From Paracoccaceae bacterium (GTDB lineage Bacteria; Pseudomonadota; Alphaproteobacteria; Rhodobacterales; Rhodobacteraceae), in assembly GCA_013373325.1 (NCBI GenBank), contig JABXIA010000057.1, positions 5,896-69,895 of the forward strand: a stretch of DNA of 64,000 bases. Direction: 5' to 3'. The translations under genes were made by a program, and so were the position numbers. Below, in pieces: positions 18,698-29,435 of this stretch. Numbering within the stretch: the stretch's first letter is position 1; each line of letters starts with the position of its first letter. The notes under the pieces were generated by a model. That model ran no database searches. It had not been told where the DNA came from and saw only the letters and a program-made list of their open reading frames with translations.

Positions 18698-19894
18698 CTA
18701 CAGCCCCAGAATGGCCTTGGTGATGATGGTGCGCTGCACCTCGTTCGAACCGCCAAAGATCGAAAGCTTGCGCATGTTAAAATATGAGGGCGCCGCCGCT
18801 GCCGCATGGTCCGGACCCAGCGCCGCTGCATTGCTGCCGCCATCCAGAAAGTCCGGCTGGAACGGCAGCGCGTCCGGCCCCATCGCCCGGCGCAGCAGTG
18901 ACGTCAGCTCCTGCCGGATCACCGTGCCCTTGACCTTCAGCATCGAGCTTTCGGCGCCGGGCGCCTGCCCCTTGGCCGCTGCCGAGACAACCCGCAGGTT
19001 GGTGGTCGCCATCGCCATCAGGTCGATCTCCGCCTGCGCCATGCGGGCCGCGAAATGCGGGTTCTCCGCCAGCGGCCGGCCGCCGGACTTCACCCGCCCG
19101 GCAACATGTTTCAAAGTGGTCAAAAGCGCCGTGGAAAACCCCACGCCTGCAATATTGGTGCGCTCATGGGTCAGCAGGTACTTGGCGTAGGTCCAGCCCT
19201 TGTTCTCCTCGCCCACCAGGTTCTCTGCAGGCACCCTGACGTTGTCAAAGAACACCTCGTTCACCTCCGGCTCGCCATCAATCAGCACGATGGGGCGGAC
19301 CGTGACACCAGGCGTGTCCATGTCGATAAGCAGAAAGGAGATGCCTTCCTGTTTCTTGGCACCCGGATCCGTCCGCACCAGGCAGAATATCCAGTTCGCG
19401 TGCTGGCCCAGCGTGGTCCAGGTCTTCTGGCCATTAACCACATAATGACCGCCGTCGCGCACCGCGCGGGTCTTGACCGCCGCCAGATCGGACCCTGCGC
19501 CCGGCTCGGAATAGCCCTGGCACCACCAGTCCCGGCCGTTCAAAATGCGCGGCAGAAAACGCTGGCGCTGGTCTTCGGTTCCAAACGCCAGCAGCACCGG
19601 CGCCAGCATCGACAGGCCAAAGGGCAGGCTGCGCGGGGCATGGGCCAGGCAGGCTTCCTCCTCGAAGATATGGCGCTGCACCGCGTTCCACTCGCAGCCG
19701 CCATAGGCCCGCGGCCAGTTCGGCGCCAGCCAGCCGCGCGCATTCAGCAGGCTGTGCCACAGTTCCATGTCCGCCTTGGCCAGCCGCTTGCCCAGCCGCA
19801 CCTTTTCGCGCAGCTCATGCGGCAGGGTTTCCTTCAGCCACTGGCGGACCTCTGTCCGGAATGCCTGTTCTTCCCTGGTGTAATTCAGATCCAT
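18698..19894 (-). CDS. Acyl-CoA dehydrogenase, large subunit (PimC-like)
   Basis: WWCQGYSEPGAGSDLA, NGQKTWTT, SIFGGSNEVQR motifs. Confidence 0.9.
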   Translation of the reverse strand: MDLNYTREEQAFRTEVRQWLKETLPHELREKVRLGKRLAKADMELWHSLLNARGWLAPNWPRAYGGCEWNAVQRHIFEEEACLAHAPRSLPFGLSMLAPVLLAFGTEDQRQRFLPRILNGRDWWCQGYSEPGAGSDLAAVKTRAVRDGGHYVVNGQKTWTTLGQHANWIFCLVRTDPGAKKQEGISFLLIDMDTPGVTVRPIVLIDGEPEVNEVFFDNVRVPAENLVGEENKGWTYAKYLLTHERTNIAGVGFSTALLTTLKHVAGRVKSGGRPLAENPHFAARMAQAEIDLMAMATTNLRVVSAAAKGQAPGAESSMLKVKGTVIRQELTSLLRRAMGPDALPFQPDFLDGGSNAAALGPDHAAAAAPSYFNMRKLSIFGGSNEVQRTIITKAILGL

Positions 19895-19907
19895 CGCGTG
19901 GTGCCCC

Positions 19908-21086
19908 TCAGAAGATTTCAAACAGGCCGGCCGCACCCATGCCGCCGCCGATGCACATAGTGACAACGCCCAGCCTGGCGCCGCGCCGCCGGCCTTCCAG
20001 CAGCAGATGCCCGGTCATCCGCGCCCCGGTCATGCCGAACGGGTGGCCGATCGAGATCGAACCGCCGTTGACGTTGCAAATCTCCGGGTCGATCCCCAGC
20101 CGGTCGCGGCAGTACAGCGCCTGCGAGGCAAAGGCCTCGTTCAGCTCCCACAGATCAATGTCGCTGACCGTCAGCCCGTGCCGCTGCAGCAGGCGCGGCA
20201 CCGCATGGACCGGGCCGATGCCCATTTCGTCCGGCTCGCAGCCTGCCACGGCAAAGCCCTTGAAGGCGCCCAGCGGCTCGGCGCCTTCCCGTTCGGCCAC
20301 CGCGCTGTCCATCAGCACCAGCGCCGCCGCCCCGTCGCTCAGCTGCGAAGCATTGCCGGCGGTGACGAAATGCCCCTCCCCCTGCACCGGGGCCAGCGCT
20401 GCCAGCCCCTCCAGCGTGGTGCCCGGCCGGTTGCAGTCATCCATGGCAAAATTCACCTCCTTGCGGGTGATCTCGCCGCTTTCCTTGTCCTTGAAGGCCT
20501 GGGTCACGGTGATGGGCACGATTTCCTCATCCAAACGCCCCGCGGCCTGCGCCGCTGCCGTGCGCTGCTGGCTGGTGAGCGCCAGCTCATCCTGCGCCTC
20601 GCGGCTGATGCCATAGCGTTCGGCGACAATATCCGCCGTCTGGATCATCGGCAGATACAGCTCCGGTTTGTTTTCCAGGATCCAGGCCTCCCGCGCCTGC
20701 GGCGGGCGTGCGGGCGGCATCTGACTGATGCTTTCCACCCCGGCCCCGATCGCGGCCGGCGCGCCCTCCATCACAATCGAATGCGCCGCCATCGCAACCG
20801 CCTGCAGCCCGGAAGAGCAGAAGCGGTTCACGGTGGCCGCGGAAACGGACACCGGCAGCCCTGCGCGGATCACCGACTGGCGGGCAATGTTGGAGCCGGT
20901 CCAGCCTTCGGGATAGCCGCAGCCGACCAGCGCGTCCTCGATCAGGTCCGGCGCAATGCCGGCCCGCTGCACCGCGTGGCTGATAGCATGGCCCGCCATG
21001 GTTGCCCCATGGGTTTCATTGAAGGCGCCGCGGTAGGATTTGGCCAGACCGGTGCGCGCGGTGGAGACGATGACCGCCTGTTTCAT
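19908..21086 (-). CDS. Acetyl-CoA C-acyltransferase (thiolase, PimB-like)
   Basis: [29 protein letters not shown] motifs. Confidence 0.93.
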   Translation of the reverse strand: MKQAVIVSTARTGLAKSYRGAFNETHGATMAGHAISHAVQRAGIAPDLIEDALVGCGYPEGWTGSNIARQSVIRAGLPVSVSAATVNRFCSSGLQAVAMAAHSIVMEGAPAAIGAGVESISQMPPARPPQAREAWILENKPELYLPMIQTADIVAERYGISREAQDELALTSQQRTAAAQAAGRLDEEIVPITVTQAFKDKESGEITRKEVNFAMDDCNRPGTTLEGLAALAPVQGEGHFVTAGNASQLSDGAAALVLMDSAVAEREGAEPLGAFKGFAVAGCEPDEMGIGPVHAVPRLLQRHGLTVSDIDLWELNEAFASQALYCRDRLGIDPEICNVNGGSISIGHPFGMTGARMTGHLLLEGRRRGARLGVVTMCIGGGMGAAGLFEIF

Positions 21087-21097
21087 TGCAAACTCCT

Positions 21098-23191
21098 TCA
21101 GGTGTTGAGGCTGGCAAAGGTGCGGCCTTCGGCGGCCAGGCGTTCCAGCAGCGGCGCAGGCTGCCAGAGCAGGGGATCTTCTTCGTGGAAGCGGCAGATA
21201 TCCTGCAGGATGCTGTCCAGCCCGATGGCATCGGCATAATGCATCGGCCCGCCGCGCCAGCGCGGAAACCCGTAACCGTTCAGCAGGGTCACATCCACAT
21301 CCAGCGGCCGCAGGGCAATGCCATCGCCGACCACGCGCGCCGCCTCGTTCACCATTGCAGCCATGTACCGGCGGATGATTTCCGCATCGCCGATACTGCG
21401 GGGCGTGATGCCCTTGGCAGCCCGTTCCGCCGCGATGATCTCCTCCACCTCGGGGTCGGGACGGGGGCTGCCGGCGCCCTCCTCGTAGATATAGAAACCG
21501 CGCCCGGTCTTGCGCCCGAACCGGCCCAACTCGCACAGCCGGTCGGCAAATTCCGGGTAGGTCTCGCGCGGGTCACGCGCCGGAGCCAAACGTTTGCGGT
21601 TCGCCCAGCCGATGTCCAGCCCCGCCAGATCGCCGACTGCAAACGGCCCCATCGCCAGGCCAAAGCCGGTCAGCGCTTCGTCCACCGCATAAGGGCTCGC
21701 CCCTGCCAGCACCATGCCATAGACCGCCTTGCTGTAGTGCGACAGGATCCGGTTGCCGATGAACCCGTCGCAGACGCCTGCGCGCACCGCCACTTTCTTC
21801 AGCCGCTTGGCCAGCGCAAAACCCGTCGCCACAGCGTCCGGGGCGGTTTCAGCCCCCACCACAACTTCCAGCAGCCGCATAACATGCGCCGGCGAAAAGA
21901 AATGCAGACCGATCACATCCTGCGGGCGGCTGGTCATTGCCGCAATCCGGTTCAGATCGAGGTATGAGGTGTTCGACGCCAGAATGGCCCCGGGCTTGCA
22001 AACTTCATCAAGCCGGGTGAAGACGTCCTTCTTGACGTCCATGCTTTCAAACACGGCTTCGATCACCAGATCCGCCTGTGCGAAGTCCTCGTAGGTAGTG
22101 GTGCAGCGGAAGGCTCCGGCAAGCATGGCATCGCGCTGCGGCGCGGACAGCTTGCCGCGTTTCACAGCACTCTCCAGCATCTTCCCGACGCTGGCCGCGG
22201 CCCGCGCCGCTGCCGCCTCGTCGCGCTCAAGCAGGGTCACGTCCAGGCCGCTTAACAGGGCGCTGACAGCTATCCCCGCCCCCATTGTGCCGCCGCCTAC
22301 AACACCCACCCGGCTGATTTCACGCGGTGCAGCCCGTTCGGCATCCGGCAGTTTTCCCGCCTGCCGCTCGGCAAAGAAGGCATGGATCAGGGCCTTGCTC
22401 TGATCGGAAGCCACAAGGTCCTGAAACAGCGCGCGCTCTTTCTTCAGCCCTTCGGCAAAGGGCAAGGACATTGCCGCCTCCAGCGCCTCCAGGCAGGCCA
22501 TCGGCGCAACGGCCCCGCGTGCCGCCTTGGCTGTTTTGGCCCTTAAGGCCGCCAGCTCCGCGGGCTCCAGCCGATTGCACGGCAGGCTGGCGGCCGGGCG
22601 CGGCCCCTTGCCCGCCGCGATCAGGTCCCGTGCAAAGGCAACACCTTCGGCGCAGGCATCGCTGCCGTCCCCGATTCTGTCGATCAATCCCATCGAGAGC
22701 GCCGCACCGGCATCAACCGGCTTGCCGCCGGTGATCATCCGGGCTGCATCCGCCGCCGGGATCAGCCGCGGCAGGCGCTGCGTGCCGCCTGCGCCGGGCA
22801 GCACCCCCAGCGTGACCTCCGGCAGACCAAAGCGGGTTCCCTTCAGCGCAACCCGGTAGTGCGCGCCCAGGGCAACCTCCAGCCCGCCGCCAAGCGCGTT
22901 CCCGTGCATCGCAGCCACGACCGGCACAGGCGCCGCTTCGATTTCATTAATGAGGTCCGGCAGAACCGGCGCCCGGGGCGGCGCGCCGAATTCCCGGATG
23001 TCCGCACCGGAAAAGAAGCTGCGCCCCGCGCAGCAGATAACCACCGCCCGGGTCTGCGCACTGTTCAGCGCCTTGCGCAAACAGTCCTGCAAGCCCGCGC
23101 GCACCGCGTGCGAAAGAGCATTCACCGGTGGATTCTCCACCGTCACAACAGCAATGCCGCCATCCATCGCCAGATTGACCAGGTTCTCCAT
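21098..23191 (-). CDS. Bifunctional enoyl-CoA hydratase / 3-hydroxyacyl-CoA dehydrogenase (PimF/FadJ-like)
   Basis: ECH domain (ALGGGLE, LPEV...[11 protein letters not shown]) plus HCDH domain ([18 protein letters not shown]). Confidence 0.92.
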   Translation of the reverse strand: MENLVNLAMDGGIAVVTVENPPVNALSHAVRAGLQDCLRKALNSAQTRAVVICCAGRSFFSGADIREFGAPPRAPVLPDLINEIEAAPVPVVAAMHGNALGGGLEVALGAHYRVALKGTRFGLPEVTLGVLPGAGGTQRLPRLIPAADAARMITGGKPVDAGAALSMGLIDRIGDGSDACAEGVAFARDLIAAGKGPRPAASLPCNRLEPAELAALRAKTAKAARGAVAPMACLEALEAAMSLPFAEGLKKERALFQDLVASDQSKALIHAFFAERQAGKLPDAERAAPREISRVGVVGGGTMGAGIAVSALLSGLDVTLLERDEAAAARAAASVGKMLESAVKRGKLSAPQRDAMLAGAFRCTTTYEDFAQADLVIEAVFESMDVKKDVFTRLDEVCKPGAILASNTSYLDLNRIAAMTSRPQDVIGLHFFSPAHVMRLLEVVVGAETAPDAVATGFALAKRLKKVAVRAGVCDGFIGNRILSHYSKAVYGMVLAGASPYAVDEALTGFGLAMGPFAVGDLAGLDIGWANRKRLAPARDPRETYPEFADRLCELGRFGRKTGRGFYIYEEGAGSPRPDPEVEEIIAAERAAKGITPRSIGDAEIIRRYMAAMVNEAARVVGDGIALRPLDVDVTLLNGYGFPRWRGGPMHYADAIGLDSILQDICRFHEEDPLLWQPAPLLERLAAEGRTFASLNT

Positions 23192-23250
23192 TTGCCCCCG
23201 CACATTGCTCTCAGAAACTCTCACCTGATTTGCTAGCGGCTCTCGTCCGT

Positions 23251-23268
23251 AATTTCAATATGTAAAAT
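23251..23268 (-). promoter_or_regulatory. Candidate IclR operator upstream of the beta-oxidation operon
   Basis: Minus strand ATTTTACATATTGAAATT, 15/18 identical to the site at 13687-13704. Confidence 0.55.
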
Positions 23269-23435
23269 TACATTCCTCTTTGTAGAATTTACTCACCGGG
23301 GCAACGACGCGCCCGAAAGGCCCCGCAGACAGCGGCCAAACAGCAAAGGACCGCCGGACGGCGGCAGGCATCGATCACGCCAGCCGCTGCTTTAGAAGGA
23401 ACTAGGTCAGGATACTGGAGGAACGGCGGCGGCGC

Positions 23436-24944
23436 CTAGGCCGGAGAGGACAGGCAGGCGCAAAGCTCTTCGACGGCGGCAGGAATGCGGTCCTCATGGG
23501 TGCAGCCGAACCCGAGCAGCAACCCGTTCAAGTCCCGCCGCTGCATACAGTAATAGGACAGCGCGTAGGCAGACAGTCCGCGCGAATCCAAATTGCTCAG
23601 CACATCCAGATCGCGGGTGCCCGGCGGCAGATCGGCAATCACCCGCAGGCCGCTGGTGTTCTGGCGCAGCGATACATGCGGGCTGGCGATGCGGTCAAAG
23701 CTGCTGATCATCGCCCTGCGGCGGCGCACATAGGCGCTGTGCATGCGGCGCATGTGGGTGCTCAGGTGGCCCTGGCTGATGAACTCCGCCAGCACCGCCT
23801 GCAGCCAGGTATTGGGGCCGCGGTCGGTGATCGCGCTCAGCGCCATCAGCGGCCGGGCCAGCGCCGGGGGCGCAATGATGAACCCCAGCCGCAGCGACGG
23901 GAACAGCGCGTTATTAAAGCTGGAGACATAGATCGTGCGCGCCTGATGGTCGTCGCAATAGATCGCCGGATCGGGCCGCCCGCCGAACATGAACTCATTG
24001 TCCAGATCGTCCTCGATCAGCCAGGCATCCCTGCGCCGGGCCCAGTCCATCCACTCCAGCCGCTGCGCAATCGGCATCACCGCACCCAGCGGGTACTGGC
24101 AGGAGGGGGTCAGATAGGCCAGCCGCGCGCCGCCGGTCTGCGGCCCGTCCTGCGGGACGGCGGCGCCGGCTTCCGTTACCCGCACCGGCACGACACTTCC
24201 GCCCTGGGCCTGAAAGCTCAGCCGCACCACCGGGCTGGAGGGGTCCTCCATCAGCACCTTGCCGCCGGGGTCGAGCAGCAGCGCGGCAATCAGGTTCAAG
24301 GACTGCTGCGAGCCATTGGTGACAATCACCTGACCGGGGCTGCATTTCAAGCCGCGCCGGTTCAGCACATGGTCGCAGATCGCCTCGCGCAGCGGCGCAT
24401 AACCGCCGGGCTGGCCATAGGCCATCATGGTGCTGTCCAGCCGGTTGCGGATGCGGTTTTCGATGCGGCCCCAGATCTTGTGCGGAAACAGGTCGATGGC
24501 CGGCACATTGGCTAGAAACGGACGCACCCGGACCGGGTCGAAATAGGTCGGATCCAGCCCCTCCGCCGCCGCCCTGCCGCGCTGCGACAGCCTGGGCGGC
24601 TGCGGCGCTTCCGCGGCGATGCCAGTGCCGGGATGCAAGCCGGGAAATTCCGGGTTCACAAAGGTACCGGACCCGGTGCGGCTTTGCAGGTAGCCTTCAC
24701 TGGCCAATTGCTCGAATGCGGCAACCAGGGTGCTGCGGGCAATCCCGTGATGCTCTTTCAGCCAGCGGGTCGACGGCAGCTTCTGTCCGGGTTTGATGCC
24801 GCCGTCCCGGATCATCCGCCGTAGCTGCTGGACCAGCTGCAGATACAGCGGCGTGGCCGATGTGCGGTCCAGCTGCAAAAACGGCAGCGGCGCAAAATGC
24901 TTGGTCTGCTCCGGCACCGGCATCTCCAAAATGGTTTGCATCAT
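23436..24944 (-). CDS. MocR/GabR-family GntR regulator with PLP-dependent aminotransferase-like domain
   Basis: GntR HTH (PLYLQL...KLPSTR...EGYLQSRTGSGTFV); TNGSQQ, WLIEDD, PSLRLG motifs. Start could be 24923. Confidence 0.9.
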   Translation of the reverse strand: MMQTILEMPVPEQTKHFAPLPFLQLDRTSATPLYLQLVQQLRRMIRDGGIKPGQKLPSTRWLKEHHGIARSTLVAAFEQLASEGYLQSRTGSGTFVNPEFPGLHPGTGIAAEAPQPPRLSQRGRAAAEGLDPTYFDPVRVRPFLANVPAIDLFPHKIWGRIENRIRNRLDSTMMAYGQPGGYAPLREAICDHVLNRRGLKCSPGQVIVTNGSQQSLNLIAALLLDPGGKVLMEDPSSPVVRLSFQAQGGSVVPVRVTEAGAAVPQDGPQTGGARLAYLTPSCQYPLGAVMPIAQRLEWMDWARRRDAWLIEDDLDNEFMFGGRPDPAIYCDDHQARTIYVSSFNNALFPSLRLGFIIAPPALARPLMALSAITDRGPNTWLQAVLAEFISQGHLSTHMRRMHSAYVRRRRAMISSFDRIASPHVSLRQNTSGLRVIADLPPGTRDLDVLSNLDSRGLSAYALSYYCMQRRDLNGLLLGFGCTHEDRIPAAVEELCACLSSPA

Positions 24945-24979
24945 TTAATCAAAATGGACGTATCGGGCAAAACCATTTT
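24927..24979. promoter_or_regulatory. MocR-type operator (two direct repeats plus one inverted repeat)
   Basis: CAAAATGG at 24927 and 24950; AAACCATTTT at 24970 is the inverse of AAAATGGTTT at 24928. Confidence 0.55.
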
Positions 24980-25073
24980 CTGCCACCACATCCTGGCCTG
25001 CCTTGACAGGGGGTGAACAGAAACAGGCTGTATTGCCCTGTCCGGGCCGTGGTGCAGCCAGCAGGGAAACAAC

Positions 25074-26657
25074 ATGTCCGACATCATCAGCCACTACGTG
25101 GAACGGGCGGTCAAAGGCTTCATGACCCGCCGCGAATTCATCGGCCGCCTCGGCGCGCTGGGGGTTGCCGCCGCCAGCGCCAACAGCCTGCTGGCCTCCG
25201 CCGCCAGGGCGGAAGGCCCGAAAAAGGGCGGGTTGATCCGGTCCGGCCTGCAGGGCGGGGCCAGCACTGACAGCCTGGACCCGGCACTGGCAGCCAGTTC
25301 GGTCGCCAACAACGTGCTGACCGCCTATGGCGATCTGCTGGTCGAAGTCAGCCCGCAGGGCGAAATCGTGCCGCGCCTGGCGGAAACAGTCGAAGCCAGC
25401 GCCGACGCCAAGACCTGGACCTTCAAGATCCGCCAAGGGGTGGAGTTCCACAACGGCAAGACGCTGACACCGGAGGACGTGCTGAAAACCATGCAGCGCC
25501 ACTCCAGCGAGGACAGCCAGTCCGGCGCCCTGGGCATTATGCGCGGCATCGAGTCGATGAAGGCGGACGGCGGTTACTTCAGTGTCACCCTGGACACACC
25601 GAATGCAGACCTGCCCTATCTGATGGCGGATTATCACCTCGTGGTGCAGCCTGACGGCGGCATGGACGCGCCCGCTGCGGGCATCGGCACAGGCCCCTAC
25701 ACGGCTGAGGTCAATGAACCCGGCGCCCGCCATGCCTTCAAGAAATTCGCGAACTACTGGGATGCGGACCGCGGCCACGCGGAGGAGATCGAAATCCTGG
25801 TGCTGAACGACGATACCGCCCGCACCGCCGCGCTGCAAAGCGGCCAGGTGCATTTCATCAACCGGGTATCGCCCAAGATCGCCGGCCTGCTGGGCCGCGC
25901 ACCCGGCCTGCGGATCGAGAGCATTTCGGGCCGCGGCCATTACTGCTTCCTCATGCATTGCGACACCGCGCCCTTTGCCAGCAACGACCTGCGGATGGCG
26001 CTGAAACTGGCGGTGGACCGGCAGGAGATGGTCGACAAGGTGCTGCGCGGCTATGGCAGCGTGGGCAACGACATGCCGATCAACGCCGCCTACCCGCTTT
26101 TCTCCGGCGATATCGAACAGCGCAGCTATGACCCGGATCAGGCCCGCCACTACTATCAGAAGTCCGGCCATGACGGCCCGGTTGTCCTGAAAGTATCCGA
26201 CAACGCTTTCCCCGGCGCGGTGGATGCCGCGGCGCTGTTCCAGCAGAGCGCGGCCAAGGCAGGCATCCCGCTGCAGATCGAGCGCGTGCCCAGCGACGGC
26301 TACTGGTCCGAGGTCTGGAACAAGGAACCCTTCTGCGCCTCCTACTGGGGCGGGCGCCCGGTGCAGGACCAGATGTTCTCCACCGCCTACAAATCCGACG
26401 CCGACTGGAACGACACCCGGTTCAAACGCGAGGATTTCGACGCGCTTCTGCTGCAGGCCAAGGGTGAGCTCGACACCGCCAAGCGCACCGCGCTCTACCG
26501 TGAGATGGGCCTTATGGTGCGCGACGAGGGCGGCGCCATCATCCCGATGTTCAACGACTTCATCGACGGCGTCAGCGAGCAGATCGGCGGCTGGGAGAAC
26601 GATCCGGGCGGCGGCATGATGTATGACGGCGCGCTGGTGAAAACCTGGCTGCTATGA
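25074..26657 (+). CDS. ABC transporter substrate-binding protein, family 5 (Opp/Dpp-like), Tat-exported, orphan
   Basis: TRREFIG twin-arginine signal; TWTFKIRQGVEFHNG and GTGPY motifs; no adjacent permease genes. Confidence 0.9.
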   Translation: MSDIISHYVERAVKGFMTRREFIGRLGALGVAAASANSLLASAARAEGPKKGGLIRSGLQGGASTDSLDPALAASSVANNVLTAYGDLLVEVSPQGEIVPRLAETVEASADAKTWTFKIRQGVEFHNGKTLTPEDVLKTMQRHSSEDSQSGALGIMRGIESMKADGGYFSVTLDTPNADLPYLMADYHLVVQPDGGMDAPAAGIGTGPYTAEVNEPGARHAFKKFANYWDADRGHAEEIEILVLNDDTARTAALQSGQVHFINRVSPKIAGLLGRAPGLRIESISGRGHYCFLMHCDTAPFASNDLRMALKLAVDRQEMVDKVLRGYGSVGNDMPINAAYPLFSGDIEQRSYDPDQARHYYQKSGHDGPVVLKVSDNAFPGAVDAAALFQQSAAKAGIPLQIERVPSDGYWSEVWNKEPFCASYWGGRPVQDQMFSTAYKSDADWNDTRFKREDFDALLLQAKGELDTAKRTALYREMGLMVRDEGGAIIPMFNDFIDGVSEQIGGWENDPGGGMMYDGALVKTWLL

Positions 26658-26676
26658 GCTGATGTCCCGAAGACTG

Positions 26677-26710
26677 CGGCGGGCGCCCTTGGGCCGCCCG
26701 CCGTTTTTTT
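26677..26710 (+). terminator. Rho-independent terminator
   Basis: CGGCGGGC...GCCCGCCG stem followed by T7. Confidence 0.8.
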
Positions 26711-26801
26711 AACGCTGCGGTCAAAGCCGCTGACCGGCCGGCGCCGGACACAGATCCTCGTCACCGAAGGGGGGCCAGGGATGACGTCATCCGCGCTCGC
26801 C

Positions 26802-29435
26802 CTATTCCGCAGCCTGCCGGAACGTGCGCCGCGCCAGCAGCTCTGCAATGTCCGGGCGGCAGGAGCCGCAGTTTGTGCCCGACTGCAACGCTGCGCCGAC
26901 CTCCTCAACGCTCACCAGCCCGCCGCTTTCGATGGCGTGCACAATCGTATTGGCTCCGACGCTGAAACACGCGCAGACCACCGGGCCGGGGTCGGGCCGG
27001 CCCGCTGCGGCAAAGCCGGTCAGGACATCCGGCGCGAAGCTGCCCGGCAGCCCTGCCAGGTAATCCCGGCGGACTGCCACCGGCTCAGGCGCGGTGAACA
27101 GGGCAGCCATGACCTTGCCCTCCTGAAACAAGGCGAGCCGGGCAATACCCCTGCGGCGGTCCGTCATCACCTGCACATCTGCCTCCGGCAGCGCGAACAG
27201 ATCCCGCGCAACCGACTCCAGGTCTGCAAGCGGGGCCAGCCCGGCCAGTTCCGCCCGGTATCCGGTGCCGGTGCGTGCCACGGCCCAGTACTCCGCCCGG
27301 GGGCGCATCGGCTGTGAAGAAACCGCAAAGCCGTACCAGGCGGGCTGCCAGCGTTCCGCCGCAACAACGGCAGCCTTGCTTTCGGGCTGGCCCGAGACCG
27401 GATCAACGGCACCAGCGACAAGGGTATCTATGCGCGCAGAAGGCGCGGTTTCGCCGGTCCAGTGGATCGGCACAAACAGGTCGCCGGGCTGCACGTCCGC
27501 AGTGATCCGGGCGCGCAGGATGGCCTGCCCGTGCGGGCTGCTGAGGCGCAGCAGATCCGCAGGCTGCACGCCCAGCCGCCGGGCGTCCTCCGGGTGGATG
27601 TCGGCAAAGGGTTCCGCCAGGTGGCCCGACAGGCGCGGCGCTTTGCCTGTGCGGGTCATCGTGTGCCACTGGTCGCGGATGCGGCCGGTGTTCAGGCGGA
27701 ACGGGTAGCGGCGATCTTGCGCAGCAGCCGGGGGGCGCCAGCGGACCGGCAGCATGCGGGCCTTGCCGTCCGGGTGAAAGAACTGCCCGTCCGCAAAGAA
27801 CCGGCCGCCCTGGCGGCTGCGGCTGACCGGCCAGCGCACCGGGGCCAGCCCATCATAACCTGCACCGGACAGGCAGCTGAGACCGGAGATATCGAAATCC
27901 AGCCCGAAACTGCCGGCCAGCCCGGACAAGGCCGCATGCTCGCGGAAGATCTGCGCCGGAGACTGGTAATCAAACGCCGCGCCCCAGCCCATGCGCCGGG
28001 CCGCATCGGCCAGAATGTCCCAGTCGGCGCGGGCCTCACCCGGCGGCGGCAGGGCGGCGCGCTGGCGGCTGATGGTGCGGTCCGAGTTGGTGACGGTGCC
28101 GTGTTTTTCCGCCCAGGCAGCGGCGGGCAGCAGCACATCCGCCAGCCGCGCGGTATCGGTTGCGGCGGTGATGTCGCTGACCACGGTGAACTCGCAGGCC
28201 TTGATCGCGGCCGATACAGTATCGGCCTCTGGCATGGTGACGGCGGGGTTGGTGTGGATGATCCACAGCGCCTTGAGCCGCCCGTCACCCGCGGCGCGGA
28301 ACAGGTCCACCGCCTTCAGGCCCGCGCGGTCAGGCATTGCGGGCGCCCCCCAGAACGCCTGCACCGCATCCCGGTGGCGGCTGTTTTCCAGATCCATGTG
28401 GCAGGCCAGCATATTGGCCAGCCCGCCGACCTCGCGCCCGCCCATGGCATTGGGCTGGCCGGTCACCGAGAACGGCCCGCAGCCCGGCTTGCCGATCCGG
28501 CCCGTGGCCAGATGGCAATTCAGGATGGCATTCACCTTGTCCGCACCGGAGGTGGACTGGTTCACCCCCTGGCTGAAGACCGTCACCACCTTTTCCGTGC
28601 GCATCCACAGATCGCAGAAAGCCTTGAGCTCTCCCTCAGACAACCCGGTCACAGACGCATCCTCCGCGGCGGCGGCGTCCAGCGCACCGCCCAGCCCCTC
28701 CACATGCTGCAGATAGTCCGCATCCAGCGCCCCGCCTTCGCGGAGCGCCGCCAGCAGCCGGTTGAACAGCGCCACATCGCTGCCCGCCCGCAGTTTCAGG
28801 TGCATGTCCGCCTGATCGCAGCTGGCGGTGCGGCGCGGGTCGATCACCACCAGTTTGGTGCCGCGCGCCTTCCGCGCCGCCAGGATGCGCTGATGCAGCA
28901 CCGGGTGGCACCAGGCCAGGTTGGAGCCTACCAGAACGATCAGTTCCGCCGCCTCCAGATCCTCATAGGTGCCGGGCACCGTGTCGGTGCCAAAGGCGCG
29001 CTTGTGCCCCGCCACGGCAGACGCCATACAAAGGCGCGAATTGGTGTCGATATTGGCGGAGCCGAGAAAGCCCTTCATCAGCTTGTTGGCGACATAATAA
29101 TCCTCGGTCAGCATCTGGCCCGACAGGTAAAAGCCGACGCTGTCCGGACCGTGCTGTTCCACCGCCTGACGGAACCTGGCGGCCACCAGATCGAGGGCGC
29201 TGTCCCAATCGGTTTCGCGGCCCTGCACCCGCGGCGCCAGCAGGCGGCCCTCCAGCCCCAGCGTCTCCCCCAGCGCCAGCCCCTTGGAGCAGAGGCGGCC
29301 GCGGTTGGCCGGGTGCTCCGGATCACCGCGCACCCCCAGACCGCCCTGCCCGTCCGGGCGCAGCAGCACGCCGCAGCCGGTGCCGCAATAGGGGCAGGTG
29401 GACCGGACCTCCTGGCAAGCCGTTCCCGCCATCAC
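26802..29435 (-). CDS. nasA: Assimilatory nitrate reductase catalytic subunit (molybdopterin, 4Fe-4S, C-terminal 2Fe-2S)
   Basis: CPYCGTGCG, NSRLCM, TGQPNAMGGREVGG, LNTGRIRDQWHTMTRTG, C-terminal CACFSVG...GTNCGSC. Confidence 0.93.
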   Translation of the reverse strand: MMAGTACQEVRSTCPYCGTGCGVLLRPDGQGGLGVRGDPEHPANRGRLCSKGLALGETLGLEGRLLAPRVQGRETDWDSALDLVAARFRQAVEQHGPDSVGFYLSGQMLTEDYYVANKLMKGFLGSANIDTNSRLCMASAVAGHKRAFGTDTVPGTYEDLEAAELIVLVGSNLAWCHPVLHQRILAARKARGTKLVVIDPRRTASCDQADMHLKLRAGSDVALFNRLLAALREGGALDADYLQHVEGLGGALDAAAAEDASVTGLSEGELKAFCDLWMRTEKVVTVFSQGVNQSTSGADKVNAILNCHLATGRIGKPGCGPFSVTGQPNAMGGREVGGLANMLACHMDLENSRHRDAVQAFWGAPAMPDRAGLKAVDLFRAAGDGRLKALWIIHTNPAVTMPEADTVSAAIKACEFTVVSDITAATDTARLADVLLPAAAWAEKHGTVTNSDRTISRQRAALPPPGEARADWDILADAARRMGWGAAFDYQSPAQIFREHAALSGLAGSFGLDFDISGLSCLSGAGYDGLAPVRWPVSRSRQGGRFFADGQFFHPDGKARMLPVRWRPPAAAQDRRYPFRLNTGRIRDQWHTMTRTGKAPRLSGHLAEPFADIHPEDARRLGVQPADLLRLSSPHGQAILRARITADVQPGDLFVPIHWTGETAPSARIDTLVAGAVDPVSGQPESKAAVVAAERWQPAWYGFAVSSQPMRPRAEYWAVARTGTGYRAELAGLAPLADLESVARDLFALPEADVQVMTDRRRGIARLALFQEGKVMAALFTAPEPVAVRRDYLAGLPGSFAPDVLTGFAAAGRPDPGPVVCACFSVGANTIVHAIESGGLVSVEEVGAALQSGTNCGSCRPDIAELLARRTFRQAAE

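Noticed and set aside
24945..26171. 408 aa ORF on the - strand directly upstream of the MocR gene
   Set aside because: Antisense shadow of the family-5 SBP gene
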